This document shows positions 63,844 through 64,000 of a stretch of DNA of 64,000 nucleotides, in pieces. Every line of letters begins with the position of its first letter. Positions within the stretch are counted from its first letter, which is position 1. The translations under genes and the position numbers were made by a program. The notes below the pieces were generated by a model. The model was not told the origin of the DNA. It saw nothing but the letters and a program-made list of their open reading frames with translations, and searched no databases. Source of the stretch: Malacoraja senta. Taxonomy: Eukaryota. The DNA lies in the NCBI GenBank assembly GCA_038087875.1, contig JAXLNO010000524.1:1-64000 (forward strand), given 5' to 3'.

Positions 63844-64000
63844 ATACACCTCTATGAGATCACCTCTCAACCTCTTGCACTCAAAGGACTGGACTTCCAC
63901 TGATGGAACAGAGTAATGCAATGAGAAATCTATTGGTCTATCTGACCATGTGTTTTTTTTAGACCAGATGTTATCATTTTCCTTGAAGTTCCTACCCAAT

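Overview
Eukaryotic, repeat-dominated DNA with no confidently identifiable host gene. The repeat families (abundant CR1 LINEs, HE1/V-SINE-like tRNA SINEs) suggest a cartilaginous fish such as a skate or ray; this is inference. Main contents: two structurally complete but decayed DIRS1-type tyrosine-recombinase retrotransposons (4169-8980, 51852-56351) and a third truncated one; a full-length decayed L1 (14192-20308) flanked by a ~1.3 kb direct duplication resembling a giant target-site duplication; a PIF/Harbinger transposon (22352-27360) with an apparently intact 6-exon MADF gene and an internally deleted transposase; Harbinger MITEs; a non-autonomous Helitron; a decayed Gypsy element; a solo LTR; and RTE, Rex1-like and Penelope-like fragments. 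The last ~14 kb (49.8-63.9 kb) is one short CR1 fragment split by at least five independent insertions, one of which carries further insertions. I found no clearly new gene system. The most unusual observations are structural: the 1.3 kb L1-flanking duplication, the Harbinger internal architecture, and an unclassified TAG..CTA element with a 7-bp TSD.
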